Assembly: GCA_040954595.2 (NCBI GenBank)
Contig: CM082581.2
Span: 12,460,286-12,524,285 of the forward strand
Direction of reading: 5' to 3'
Origin: Balanoglossus misakiensis
Taxonomy: Eukaryota; Animalia; Hemichordata
Length of the DNA: 64,000 nt
A program made the position numbers and the translations under genes. The notes below the pieces were generated by a model. The model was given only the letters and a program-made list of their open reading frames with translations. It was not told the DNA's origin and did not search any database. Positions 13,134 to 27,005 of the stretch are shown piece after piece. The stretch's first letter is position 1. The number at the start of each line of letters is the position of its first letter.

Positions 13134-16100
13134 TCATGCAAATTCTGTTAAAAACGACTGTCTGTTGAGTTCACAATCACACCAGACCCGGATTGGCTGT
13201 GTATAAACTTCCCATTCTTCGAGATAGAAGACTTCGCCATCGGCGTCTGTCGGCACGCAGTTCCCTGTGCGTTTGAGCATGCTCAGATTAAACACCCGTT
13301 GCTTGCACGTACCGTGTCCTAAATAACGACAAAGAGGAGGGAAATTCCGAGTTACCTACACGCGCTCCGTATCAAAGTAAAAAGTTCACTTTGAATTTTA
13401 ACTTCTATGTTGTTTTGCAGTAAGGTGTTAGGTTACTGATCACAGCATAAAGTACAGACAATCCCAAAATGTTAAAACCACAGCAAAACAAATTAGACCA
13501 GAAACTTGTATTTTCCGAACTTTTAAGAGGCTCTAAATGTGGTTCGGATAGATGAAGGAAAATAGACAGTCGAACCATACATACATGTACAAACACTTAC
13601 AAAGCCAAAGGCAAGCCTTTAATTTTGATTTACGAATAAAGTCGGCTCCTTTGAACTACTACATGTACTATCAATTTATCGGATCACTGTGGCTGACTAG
13701 GTAAATGTCAACCGCGTCTGTGTAAAAATCCATTTCATGATCGACTCAAGTGTTGAGTGCCAGGGTGTGCTAACTACCGCCCATTGGGTATCACCCACAG
13801 GAACAGATAAGAAATCGCTAAAAAAAGTCGGGCTAATGAATATTTACATTTCAGGCTGTATATCTCAGAATATTTCGCAATTTCAAAAACGTATGAACGG
13901 AGACTGAGACCTACCTTCGTTGGTTCCTTCGATCGGGAAACACGCCCTTCCGGAGCCGTCGGGATCACAGACCGCCTCGTTTATATATCTTGGGAAATAA
14001 TTTTCTGGCAGTTCAGTCGTCGCCGCACAAACTGTGCAAAGTCGGATGTAACCGTCTTCCGTTTCAGAACCACGTGGTAAGCAGTAGTTGATCGTTGTTG
14101 TGCCTTCGCCTACTTCAGTTAAGAAGTAAAACAAGAAATGAACATTTGTTAGTATTATTCGGATCAGCTGTTCTTGCTTTCTGTAAGAGCGAAAGTGCAA
14201 CGCCCAACCTCACATTGAATTCGCCAGAGATTGTCCTGAGACATAATGCGCTGGCACAACATTATCATTCAAGTTTACTGTCGGTTTTAGCAATTTGGGA
14301 AGAACGTCTGAAAAAGTACACACGCACCAAAACATTTGATCTCAATAGTTTCGTTGCTTGGACTCGTGAAAGCTCTGCAGATAAACGAGAATCCATCGAA
14401 ATGTTTTCGTACAGGATCCGTATTTTAATCGCCAATTAAATTCGTGACATACCAGTTAAATGCTAACCTACGTGTGTGTAGTGTGTGTCGGTCGCCAACA
14501 TTATTAGGCAGGAGATTAAATATATAACTTATAAACGCTACTTCAAACGAACATCACATGTGGAAAGTACTCGAGATATCATTTACCTGCGCCGACGTCT
14601 CTTGTTGTTCTCCGTGAAATGTGTAATTCTTCCGGAGTTTTGACGTCCTGCAGCCCAAGTTTTTGCGCCTGCGCAATAGCCTCTTCTTTGGACCAATCAT
14701 AGGTCTCCATCAACTGTTCTATGTGCTGTTTCAGCACACCGTTTGCTCGGCTTGGGTCGAACGTTTCTGGACTGTACGTGTCATTCTACACGGAAAGAGA
14801 CATTCAAAAATACGCGGTTACATTCGGCAGTTGGGTGTTTCTTTTCCGCTGTTCTAGTCATAGAAGATTTTGCCTCAAGTTGCCACTGGGCTGAAGGTAA
14901 CGCGACGAATGTCCAGACTGCCACCAAGCAAACAATCAATCAATCAATCGACCAATCAGTAGAACAACAACTTAACGTTTTGTTATCCAATGAGCTTAAA
15001 TGTCAAAGGTGTTTGCGAATGCAATTATATCAACTGTTTTTGTCCCACTTATATAACAAATTGCTACTAGATGATCACGTGTAATACACTTCGAATACAA
15101 AATGTCTATACTTCTGGACATTCATGTATTTTAACATTAATGTTTAAATCGTGCATGATTGAAGAAAGTACTGATAAGAAAGTAAAATAAAGTACATCTT
15201 AAGTTGCTGAGTACGTCATAGGATTAACTGTCGTTTACCTTAAGTTTGGAAATTTCAAGGATGTCAGGAAAGTTGTCTGGAGTGAGACCCATATAGCGAC
15301 TATTGAAGCCTCCGATGTTCTGTAGCTGGCTGTAGAGCTGGGCTTCTGTCATTGGTTGACATGGACTGTCATCCGTGCCATCTTCTCTCTGTTGGTAAAA
15401 ATGAAACAAGAGTTATTCGGACATTTGCCAAAAAAAGACGCTGACATTGGTAGGGTATTGACGTCACATGACTCTGGAAATAAAAATCGCGCTTACTTAC
15501 CGCACCCCGCGCGGTCCGGGACCTTGCACACAGTCTCAACCATGTCAGTGGTCTTCCCTCCACCAGTGAAAGCGCGCTGAATATGAGATACGCGAGCACC
15601 ATCGCGAGAAATGATGACTTTCCGGGAGCGTGACGTAAAATCAGAGCGGGCACGCCGAAACAAGTGCTGAACACCAGGCGAAGTGTATTACTCCAAGCCA
15701 TATATGACTAATATTCAGGTCTGTAGCTATAGCTGGTTCAGTGGTTTCTAATTTGGACGACGATTTTGAGAACAAGGGAGACGCGGCGCTAGGTACAGAG
15801 TGTTGCCTGCATATGTCACATCCGAGTTTTTATCAAGTACTGTTTTGCCCACCCCCGATTCCACAGACTGGCAACCACACATCAAGGTTAGTAACTCATT
15901 GATACGAAAAGAGCCAAATATTTAGATTGCTCGTAATTTACAATTTATGAACCCGTGGTTATTTTGTCCCGGTGGGTGACCCTTCACCCAGAATGGGACA
16001 GGTCCGACTAATCGTCTTTAATTATAAAAGGTGCCGTCAGGCGGCATTCCTTGCATTTTAGCACAAACCTTGGGCAAACACCACAGACAGGTGGTGATGG

Positions 16101-18124
16101 CTGACAACAACGAGCTTGTCATATCGACGAGTAAAAAGTCCCAAACGGTGGGTCGCAGCAGTCTAATCCAAAAGTTCTATTGGCAAAGTTCAAATTTGAA
16201 CATTCGCATTTATGTTTTTCCCGCCCAATTAAACATATATTTGTTTGGTAATAAAATATGAAGATAGATAGTGGGCGTTTACATACCGCAATGATTGCAC
16301 GTGTGGTCTTTCTCACGTGTGTATAGTATTCTCACCAATTGGCGTAAGTCAACATTTTGGCAATGTTGCATACTAGTATTTCCGAAACAGGGACAATAAC
16401 ACATTTTTAATATTTTGAGTTTTGAGATTCCCGTATGACCGATCCGTGATCTAAAAAAATGAGGGTATCCCAATGGATCTCTTGACAGGCCACACACTAC
16501 TGTCTTCCACGCATAGAGAATATTCTCTTTGATTATCTATTTTTTTTCATTTAGCCAGTTAAAATAAACGATAGCGGGGGAGTGGAGATGATAAGCAAGC
16601 GGAACAGAAACGGAATAAGAAATAGCGACTGAAATGCACAGTTTAACCTATCATGTCGTCATCTCGAGGCCCTTAAACACACGCGTGGTCACGGATTTGG
16701 GGCATTCTTGTCATCTTCGTTGACCATGCCGCTTCCAACCGATTTTTTGACGACGGCAAATCTGGCAGTCAGTGAGTGAGTGGGTGAATTTGATGACCGC
16801 GATAAAAGATGTATAATCTGCACCGCCCAAACGGGTGGTAATTCTGGAAGAGATTCACACGAGATTTACAACCAACTACCCATACTACTTGATGGTTATT
16901 TAAAACTCTGCTTTACACAGTAGTGACGGAGACACGGAGCGATACACGAGCAAACCTTTGCGGGCGGGTGCCAAATTCTCACGGATCATATAAAGCCCAT
17001 TTGATACCTAGAATCAGCGTATCGTTTTATTGAAGTAGCCAATAGGGCTTATTGCTGACATATGCCCGGAGCAAATACGGACGGCGACTGATACGGGGAG
17101 GCAAATGTCGTCTCGGAGTCTTGACGATGCGTATCCACGTTAGACGTGACGTAATAACCCTCTCTTTGCGTAGTTACATCCGATTCCGGCGCTAAAGAAA
17201 CGGTTATAGAAACTTGTACAAAGAAACATTTATAGGATTTTATGACTTGACGAACGCGACAATTTTGTATCCGATATTCGCATCGCGAGAACTAGCGTTC
17301 CTTTGCGAAGAGTTTCGGCTGTGTCAAATATCTCAGGTGCATTAGTCATTTCAAACTTTTTTTGCGTTTTGTCCAGGAGGAATTTGCGTTTGGCTGGTGT
17401 CTATGGCGGCGTAGCAGTGCAGAGAAGACCACGGCAGACCTCGCCGACCGGGCGATATACATGTAACTTGTTTACTGATGATCTCTTCTCAGGATATAAG
17501 CTTCGAGAGATTCAATAGAAACCTGAGTGTACGGCAAACATTGGCACCACGTCGAACCTGCCGCGGCTGCCATCGTTCGACAGTCGATTGAGACGAATGT
17601 CCGACGAGGTCAGGGGTCAAACCAATCATCCATTTTTTTTCAAAAGTTGTTTCCTCCCATCATGGAAGCAATAAACTCATTTGCGATCGAATCTTTTGTT
17701 TTATTGTTTTAATGCTGCCATTCTCTTCTCAAAGGTCGAGTGACAAGTTTGTGCATTGATCACGAGTTCTATAACAGACATCGCGTGGAGATATCACTTC
17801 ATGGTACTTGGCAACTGGAATTCACATAGGGTCTACACAAGCGGAATTAACTGTAATGGTGCGATATTAAAACTTCTTGGTAGAGTTCATCACACTCTGA
17901 ATGATCAAAGTATTCATCTTTATCGGTCAAAAATCGAACGATTATTGGAATGGACAACCTCGAAATTTTCCTTATTTGGACATTTGGTGAAACCAGGCAT
18001 TAATGATAAATGTCGCAAGTGCTGGTTCGAGGTGATTTGCTAATTTAGAATTTAGAATAAGCAAAACTTTACCCTCTCTCCACCTCCCCCCCTCTCTATC
18101 TCTCTGTCTCTCTCTCTCTCTGTC

Positions 18125-18196
<72 letters not shown>

Positions 18197-21100
18197 GTGT
18201 ACTCACACGCTTCTACTGTAGTAATCTATACGACTGTACTCTTTTACTGACGCCGACAACGCAAATAGCAAACCTAAAAATACACTAATCATAAAACTTA
18301 TATGATGTGTGTATGCATAATTTAAAACCATGTCTATTTTGAGAGTATTCCGGTGAGCTACTTGTAGAAAGGACGTATGGTTCGTTGTCATAGTGTATGA
18401 TTTCAAACCAAGCCAATAACCTTCGCATGGTTAAGTGGTTTACAGTTCCACTGCCCCTGATCATGTAGGCACAGTGCCCTGCATTGAACACAGAAGATGC
18501 TCTACTTACAAAAAGCAACACAGTCGTCGCTTCTTCGACCTCGTCCCCCTCGCTGCGCACGATGCCGTCGGCGACGTCGTCGTCATCAGAGACGGGGTCG
18601 TTTCCCGTGGCTGTGGTGAAAGATAAGATACCACAAGCTTAAGTAAGGAAACATTCCTGAGAAGTCAGGCAATGCTCACAGAACACCTGCCAGTAATTTC
18701 AGTCAAATATATCTGAGGGCTGAGAAAGGACCACGTGAATTCACGGGTCAGGAGATGTCTTCGTCCTTGGCTAAATTTAACACCTCCACCCAAGATAGGC
18801 CTAGATATTATCACAGGGAGATTCATAAATTATGATAAAGTCCTAAACTTAGCTCAGTTGGAACATTTATTTACACAAAAGATAAAAAAGGAAGGTCGTT
18901 TCAAATGTGGTAGTAATATTTCTGACGCGGAGAACTACTATTAGCAATAAATGAAAAAAACTGTTTTTTTTTTTAAACCGATGATCTTTGAGATCTGAAG
19001 GTTCCTGAATGGTTACACACAGTGCACGCTACACCCATTTCATCGTGCTCAGAACAAAGTTGAACTCAGCTATGTTCGGGAGGGGTCTTTATAGTATTCT
19101 GCTGAACTTATGCTCACCACTCACTCACCTTCGGGGAGGCCACTGGCCGCTGAAGTTCCTTCCAGGTTCTCGCTGGAAAAACAGAACTCATCCTGATCAC
19201 GACCGACGACAGAACATGGAGCTATAAAACAAGAGAATTTGTTGAGATAAAATTATTAATGGGAGTGCTAACTTTTTACCACTGTCACTTATATTTCTTA
19301 AATACCATAATAAAGATTGTTTAATCGTTACTTTCTGCTAAAACATTTATGACTCAAAAGTCTATTTTTTCATATTATTAACCAAATCATTCAAATGTAA
19401 TTTGTTTTCGGAATGGAATTATAGAAATCTGTTCCCTACGTGATTGGTCCGTTGCTGGGGAGATTGATAAGTATGCTTCGAATGATAAGCCACAAACAAT
19501 CTCACCGTAGCCACTGTACCAGGACCCGAACAACTCAACACAATTACCTGCGGTTCCGATACCATTAAATGTCATGGCAACCCCGCCATCTTCACTCGTT
19601 ACTCTGTTATCTTCTGAATCAAGGTGGTCCCCATCGGGGTTGGAGGAGACACGGACCACTGACACGAGAATCCCGAGGATGATATAGGCCAGGAAGATCT
19701 GAATGGAAATAAACAGTGCACATTGTAGTGTTGTTTGGGAAATTCCGTAATTAGTACAGTCTTACGTGCCATCTAGTAGTAGTCCATTGACGGCAGTTAT
19801 AGGCCCCGTTAGTAGGGAATGAAGAAAGTGTATGGTTAGAGTCTGTGTTAGCGTTAGAACCCACGGTATAACGCGTTTATTTCGCAGAGGAGTTCATTTA
19901 GCGAAGTATGATCGAACAGAACAGATGCCCAAGTAACCGCTGTTAATTTTCGTTTTGTTACGTGTATGTGTGTATGTGTATGTATGTATGTATGTGTGCA
20001 AAATTTCAACGTCACATGATGGTCTGAAGAGCTTGCAATCTGTGGGAGGTAATACATGTACTTGCGTCTTTGAGTGTCTAACTGTAGGGGTTGTGGATTT
20101 AGTCTCCCCGCGCCGTGTTTGCCGACGCACTTATCGTGCTCATCTTTATTGCAACCAGCTCGAGTATTCCATTCAGAAAAAAAAATCATCAACATACATA
20201 TTTAAAATCGACCTCAAGTGGCAGCTTGTGTCTGGCACTAATCGGGATCGGATTGGACTTTGACCACCACACTGACAGCTGCAAATGTCGAATTAGTCAT
20301 CGAGCTGTCCCCGCCTCTCACCTCACCTAGCTTTGCTGATAAAAGGGGCACCTGTTTGCAATACGTCATGGCCGAAGTCCACTGGAAATGCGCTCTTAGT
20401 CATCCGCGTCACTTTGCACATTGGTGCCAATTTTTCACACTGCATATTTGATCTGTTGGGACATCGGCGTTACTGACTGAGTTACTCAAAGTCAATACGA
20501 TTGCTTAATCGCGTCACGTCATCTTCTATAACAAAATATTCAAAAATAGAACTTGATATAGACCAATCGCGGAGATGAATAGTGTAGGATATCATTCTTG
20601 TGTCATCTTATTTAGCACGATTCTTTCCATCTGCAATCGTTGTTATTTCTCGCCACCACCCCACTGCCAATAAATCTGCAGTGAATACTTGCAAATCACA
20701 TCCACTGCGGACCACCAGCGAGTTTTGAATTTTCTTTGGCAAAACTTTCCAGCTAAATTACACAAAGCAATAATTATCTTTATCCCATGTCCATTAAATG
20801 AGTAAAATAACCAATGATCATATAAATCGTGAGCTTGTCTTGCAGGTACAATGTATGACGTCATCTCTACCAGGTGCGAGACATATCAATCTCGCACAAA
20901 ATAACAAGTTTGTGTACTTGTCATAATTTCGCGTGGCACGAATGCCCAATGAGGTGTTTGGCATGACAAATATCGGTGTTATCGCAGTTACATTCGAAAG
21001 ATACGAGCAGGAAAACCACGCGATGGGTTACGTGTACTTTTATACAGACAGTGATGGGTACCATCGCAGTTTTCGATAAACTTACTGCGCAGAGGGGCCT

Positions 21101-21330
21101 GGCACGAACGCCAATGAACATGCATGCATCAAGATAAACCCTCTTGAGATATTCTATGGAGTCCATGGTCAAGGCTAATGCAGCGGGATGGAGAGTAAAG
21201 TTCAAGTTCGGCAAGGTATGAGTAGTCGTTGTGGGGGGGGGGGGGGCAAATGTACAACATACAGAGAGATCAATGAGATGGGATTCCCCTGCCAGCGTTA
21301 ACACAATCCACTCACCTGCTTTCTAAACAT
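13134..21330 (-). CDS. Secreted Trunk/PTTH/Noggin-like cystine-knot precursor, ~362 aa; exons 21330-21316, 19698-19548, 19221-19129, 18610-18510, 15388-15239, 14785-14587, 14109-13915, 13318-13134
   Basis: All junctions are GT-AG with consistent phase. The protein has a signal peptide MFRKQIFLAYIILGILVSVVRVSS, a Trunk-type motif C..LYSQLQNIGGFNSRYMG, a furin-type site RTTR, and a C-terminal domain LCTVC..LPENYFPRYINEAVC..ACF..GTCKQRVFNLSMLKRTGNC..EEWEVYTQPIRVWCDCEL matching the Trunk/PTTH/Noggin cysteine pattern. AATAAA lies on the minus strand at 13054-13059. Confidence 0.82.
18092..18195. repeat. Compound (CT)n(CA)n microsatellite in an intron of the Trunk-like gene
   Basis: Directly visible dinucleotide runs. 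Confidence 0.95.
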
Positions 21331-21461
21331 GGTGCCGATCGTGTCAAAAACAAAAACTACTGCAGAGCTAGAGGAGATTCGGTCAGAAGACTGGAGTTTG
21401 AGATCAAACAAAACCAAAACGCGAAGACAGAAATGACAACAGAACGGTACGGCGACGGCCT

Positions 21462-21468
21462 CTTATAT
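21462..21468 (-). promoter_or_regulatory. Putative TATA-like box of the Trunk-like gene
   Basis: Minus strand reads GAATATAAGAGG about 135 nt upstream of the Kozak-like ACCATG at 21330. Confidence 0.4.
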
Positions 21469-24400
21469 TCCGCCGCGTGTCACGCCCGTCTCTGTATCTC
21501 AGGCGACAGCTGCTAGCCATAGCGATTAACTTCCGCTGGGGGGGAGGTCAGCCGCTGTCGTCATCATGGTGCTCGATTTGATCCCTCGGAAGACATTTTC
21601 CGCCGGAGAGAACGCGGTTGAACCCGCATTACCCAAAAGACCCGACCTATGCGTCATGCCGCACGCCCGTAGCTCCAGAAAAGAACGGAGAACAGAGCTC
21701 CGTGAAGTGAAAAGACTCCACCCCTAGTACAACTTGAACGACTACACACCACACCCACTGAGGTAATGTTTTTTGGGTGCGTACCATGGCCCCGTCACTG
21801 TGAGACAAATTAAAAGTCAAATAGGCTTTAGCGACGTCATCTGAAGATGTATTGCCTGTGATACAACGCCAAACAGCTGGAAATGAAATCTAGTGAATTT
21901 ATTTAATTTCTATTGTCCATAAAATCTGCACTACAAATAACCACGAATGACGCATCTGAAAGAACGAAAATCGCCAAATTTGTCGTATTCACTTCAAACT
22001 TATGGGAAAAGCATATACGCCATTAACTGGCACCAATACAACTTTCACACTACCAATAATAATAATAATAAGAGTCAAATATTATACGGATGAGATGGCT
22101 CAAGGCTTTTGTTCTGGCAAAAACACCAACTACTGCAAATCACTGTTCGATCTCTTGATCACGAAATTTGAAGGTTGACTGTCGTTGCTTGGGAGCCGGC
22201 TAGCTTTCCTTCTCAATGGTGATATCTTTGGATCGTTGCCAATTTTGGAGTTCACATGTAATGCCAAAAGATTTTCTCGTGCGAATTCTACATAATCCTT
22301 AAAAAACGTCAACGGTGAGGTCAAACAGGAATTACGCATGTGGCCAATAAAGAAAATGAACCGTGTGAACTTTTGGCCACTTATGCCTCAGGATCTGACG
22401 GTTATGTGACCAGACATTCACTTGGTACGGGTCTGGGTACTTGCATATGATAGTGTTCATTTTTTTCTAGGTCTGTATTCGAGAGCGAGGTACACGAGTT
22501 GCAGACTGTCTCAGGATGATTTGTTAACTGGTATGTATTAATGACTTCATCATCACTTGCAGGCAACAGATTTGAAATAATCCAGCCCTTCTCTCTACAT
22601 TACATTTCAATATACACGAACATTCTAAAGTACTGCATTGAACAAACGTCCATTACATAAGATACCAGGAGTTTATGCAGCGTGATCTGGTCTTCCAATC
22701 ACAGTCGACTACACTGGACCAACATATGGAAAAATTCCAGTCTGCGTCACGTGGTCCGTGTCTCGTGGTTGTCTGTCTCGTTTTGGTTCAAATCTCTCAG
22801 ATCCGCCGAGAACATGTCCTTAAAACAGTGACATCTGCAAATCACGTACAACTCGTACGGCCAAGTGAGGGAATGAGAGGGGAGAGCCCCCTTTCTGTAC
22901 ATGTGAACGTTTTAAGAAAATGCAATTTTAGAACTGCCAAGCTGCGTGAAAATTAACTGTCATTGTTATCACAAAGTTTTTCCTCCCGGGGTAAAACAAC
23001 AACACTTTTGTATTGAAAGTAAGAATTTCTCCAAACATGAATCTAGAAATTGGGTGAAACTTTCTGAACTGACTTGAACTAACACTTGCCTGTAAGTTTT
23101 GTAGAATTTGGCTCATTTCACCTGTTTATATTAGATATGTGTGTATCATGTCATCGTGCTAATTATGTTGGTTTGGGGTGGTTGACGATGGTACCAGAGA
23201 GAACTGGTATTAGAAGGTCGGTGTAACTGGTGATGAGTCTCTAAATAGTTGAATCTAAGCCATGTCTATCTATGAAACAACGCCGGTATGTTAATGGACC
23301 TACATCATGAATTGGTCTAGGTCTGGGGACGGGGGGGGGGGGTCAACAGGCGAGAGAATGCAGCCTGTCAGAATCTCCTCAAACTATTATTTTAAACTTT
23401 GTACCTTTTTCGTGCAAAATAAAACTTGTGCGTGACCGCGCATGTGTGCACCGCATCAAATGTACACGAGTTGTTACAATCATGATAAGACTCAATTAGT
23501 CTGGTTTGAAACAATCAATGCGTTTTTAAGTGTTTCATTTAAACATTACATCCAGAACTCAGCAATTAGAAACTAAGCCGCCAAAAGGGGCGACATCCCC
23601 ATGTAGTTGTTTGGCAGACTAATTTGAAGCGGATCAGGGTCTATTATCTCTTTATCACTCCACTGCAATAATCGCTGCGTGTACTTGGAAGCATGAGTTC
23701 ATTATATTCCTGTCTTTCTTTTTAAGTGGCGGATCCGGATCATGTCGTACTCCGAACTGATCCGCACCCAGCTCCCCGTCGGTGTCATATTTTGGCGGTG
23801 ATATCGCCCTCTGGTTACGTCATCAGAGCATAATTGTCACTTTCATTGCGATGCGTGTGACCACAGACAAAGAGGTGGTGTGACGTCACAAGAGCGAAAA
23901 AAAATAGAAAAACATTACTTTCGTCGTCAAACGTCCACTTTTCTAAAGACAGTTGTCACCAAAGATTTAAGAAGAGCCCACAGCACACGTGTTTTGTTGA
24001 TGTTCTCACTGGGGATGTAGTGCAAATATCAGACACATCAGACTAATTGCTTTGTTGGTATAGAGTAGGCCTATACACGAATACAGCGGCAAACAGTCCA
24101 AATCGTCTGCGTATAGACACCTGTGTTTGTTCAACAGTGCAAAGAAATATTGTCCTTGACATCTCTGTTGTACTTATCTGCAAACTAAGGGGTTTATTTA
24201 TTCCAATACTTCCCTTCAATCAATGAATATGCAACCTCCGTCGGAATAATAGAAGCCTTCAGTCATCACTGGTAAGTTTTTGCCAGACGTCTCACAAGTG
24301 AACTTTACATGTTCCCGTGTGTCTGTACTTGGTGTTTCTTTTATTTTATCACAATGGATATTTTGAAATCCCGTCCCAACCGACAACTGGAGCCTCCCTT

Positions 24401-25189
24401 GACTTTAATGACTGCAGCGTACATGTACTAATATGATATGATGAAATGTTAAAATGTGCACATTTGTTGTTTTCGACTGCCAAATTCGACCAGTCCACCC
24501 TTCTCTGAAATTACTGACAGCTCCCTATTAAAGGCAACAGGACATTGACTCGCAGCAAAGGGTGGGTGGAGACCCGACTATTGTTGTGTATATGGCATCG
24601 GGGCATGGCAGCACGTGTCGCGGACCACTTCAGACGTTATCCCACCGAAAATGTGTCAGCTACTTCAGTTTTCAGTCGGACAAAGTTGACATACTTTAAG
24701 GGATTAAGTTGATACTCAAATAGTCTACTTTGTTTAGTAGCTACCCTACCATTAAATCCAGCTTTGATTTTAAAATATCTTCAAAATGATAACGCTATAA
24801 AACAGTGCATTTTTCCTATGACGCGTACGTCTTCGGGCGAGATTGCCCAAAAATGAATAGTTGGCGCAAATGTCAGGATTAAGTGTGTGGCCTAGCCAGA
24901 TTGGCCAAGTAGATGACTGTGACTTGGAAATGTGAAGCCTACACCCTTTTTGATTACCATCTTCGCCCTGTCTTGAAGTAGTTCTCGTAACCTGTTACTG
25001 AACACTGTTTAAACATGGGCGCTGTCGAGTGACTCCTCGCGACGCAGTCTGATTTCTGTTGTTTGTGCCTGCACTGTTACCTAGCAACTTCGTGAAAGGG
25101 ACACACTCACCAACTTTCGAAGTTCTTTAATTTTTTGTCGTTTTGCTTGACATGGAAGCGGGGCATCGATATAGTCAGCTGTTTAGCTC

Positions 25190-25261
25190 GCCGTGATCGT
25201 CTAGTGGTTAGGACATTGCGTTGTGGCCGCAATAACCCAGGTTCGAATCCTGGTCTCGGCA
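25190..25261 (+). tRNA. trnH-GUG: tRNA-His (GUG), copy 1
   Basis: GCCGTGATCGTCTAGTGGTTAGGACATTGCGTTGTGGCCGCAATAACCCAGGTTCGAATCCTGGTCTCGGCA; A and B boxes, GTG anticodon, oligo-T terminator at 25297-25302. Confidence 0.95.
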
Positions 25262-26211
25262 TTACCCTCTCGGTGTAATGAGACGGCAAAGCTGGCTTTT
25301 TTACAATTTTTTTCTTTTTGAAAAGACCCAAATGGGCAGTTGGTCAATGACATGTTTTAACGACAGCTATTTTTCCAAGTGACAAAATTTCCTAATCACA
25401 ATGGTCATTTGAATAAATCTTTAGTCCACCATTTTGGTCAACCACGCCATACAATCTCTTAGCAAATCACCATGTAATTTGCTTGGGTCATTGATTATGA
25501 TGGTGTAATTAACAGCAAAATCCGTAAACTATTCCTGGAAATTAAAACACAGTTCCAGATTGTGTTAATGTGTTTTCTGGTTAAAGGGGCTATTTTAACT
25601 CCCTGGCTTTCAGAGACGGCATGGGAACATTTTCGTAGAAAACAGTGGTCTTCATTATTTTTATATAGAATCCTGTAAGTTTCAAGTGTTTAAAGTAAGC
25701 CGATTGAACCCAATGTCTGACTTCACCGGAATTAAATGGTAACCTGTACCCGGATGACCTACTTTTATTGTCTGGCTTTGTTTTGTTTGTGTTGTTTCTG
25801 TTCAGAATCACCCGGTTTGGTTGGGTTACTAGCGGAGGTTAATATCATTCTCCCCGACTTAAAATGACGCGGGTGGCGCACTTCAGATCGGGCGTTTCTC
25901 GGACCAACGATTGTGTGCATACGGGCACGAAAATTGTTTTTAAATAATCTATGTGGAGAGCAAAATATATGACTAGGTTGGCTATGTACAAAAAGAAACA
26001 AAAGGAATAGGAGAAATATAACTCGCACGATTGAGGGAGGGCTACGCGTTACCGACTGTGGACTAAGGCCAATAACTGGGAAAAGTTGATACTTGCAAAA
26101 AGTCATCATCTTAAGTTGACAAATCACTTGTATATATCTTTTATTTGACTAAAATAAAAATATGGGAACTTAAAAAGTCAGCTTTGCCGTCTCATTACAC
26201 CGAGAAAGTAA

Positions 26212-26283
26212 TGCCGAGACCAGGATTCGAACCTGGGTTATTGCGGCCACAACGCAATGTCCTAACCACTAGACGATCACGGC
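26212..26283 (-). tRNA. trnH-GUG: tRNA-His (GUG), copy 2, inverted relative to copies 1 and 3
   Basis: Reverse complement identical to copy 1; T5 terminator at 26176-26172. Confidence 0.95.
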
Positions 26284-27005
26284 GAGCTAAACAGCTGACA
26301 TGCATAAGTCATTCACACATTCGCTCTTGTTTCTGTAGAGCTCTACATCACTTATCACTTTTTCTGAACACAAACCAGTGATCACGTGGGTGACTCTTAA
26401 TTATCTAGCGAACCTTAGTTGAAGCGAAAATGTGTTATATTTTAACTGTGCTCCCTCGTTTTCCCTCAGGCGGTGAATCGATTATAATTATGCAGATACT
26501 TACCTTGTGCCTGTGGTAAACTCGTCTAAGATGAATCCGCCAAAAGAAGAACCTTGAAGCGTTCGCTGTGTCTGGGAGCGCCAGGAACTAATCCACACAA
26601 TAAGTTTGAAATAATCATTACTGTAAAAGACCATTGGCCACATCAGACGATAAGCTACGATCCAAATGGCAACTGAAGGTCCGGGAGGCGTGGGGGAGGC
26701 GTGATATAACAAAACTCGCTATGTCCAATAAGAGCAACTTAGAATGTTCACAGGTGTGCAAACAAGCAAACACGTGGACCGACATGCATCATGGGGAGAA
26801 AGAAAGTTAAAAACAAAGTTATCCTGTGGCCCTTTACATATACAGAATCAGCCTCAATCGGGTGAACACTGATTTATATGACATGTATGAGACCAAAGCG
26901 AAAGCGAAACTGAAAAGCCCCTGAAATAAGATACACACAAGTTGGTGTCACTGCAGAGCGGTATTCATGAGTGTTAGTTAGCATAGCATGTCGGCTGTTT
27001 AGCTC

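Noticed and set aside
13134-15388. Cystine-rich gene as Pinhead, the usual ADMP neighbour
   Set aside because: It has a single Trunk/Noggin-type knot with FNxRYM and YFPRY motifs, is on the opposite strand and is not adjacent to the ADMP-like gene.
25107-26381. Two similar ORFs containing MPRPGFEPGLLRPQRNVLTTRRSR
   Set aside because: They are antisense translations of the tRNA-His genes.
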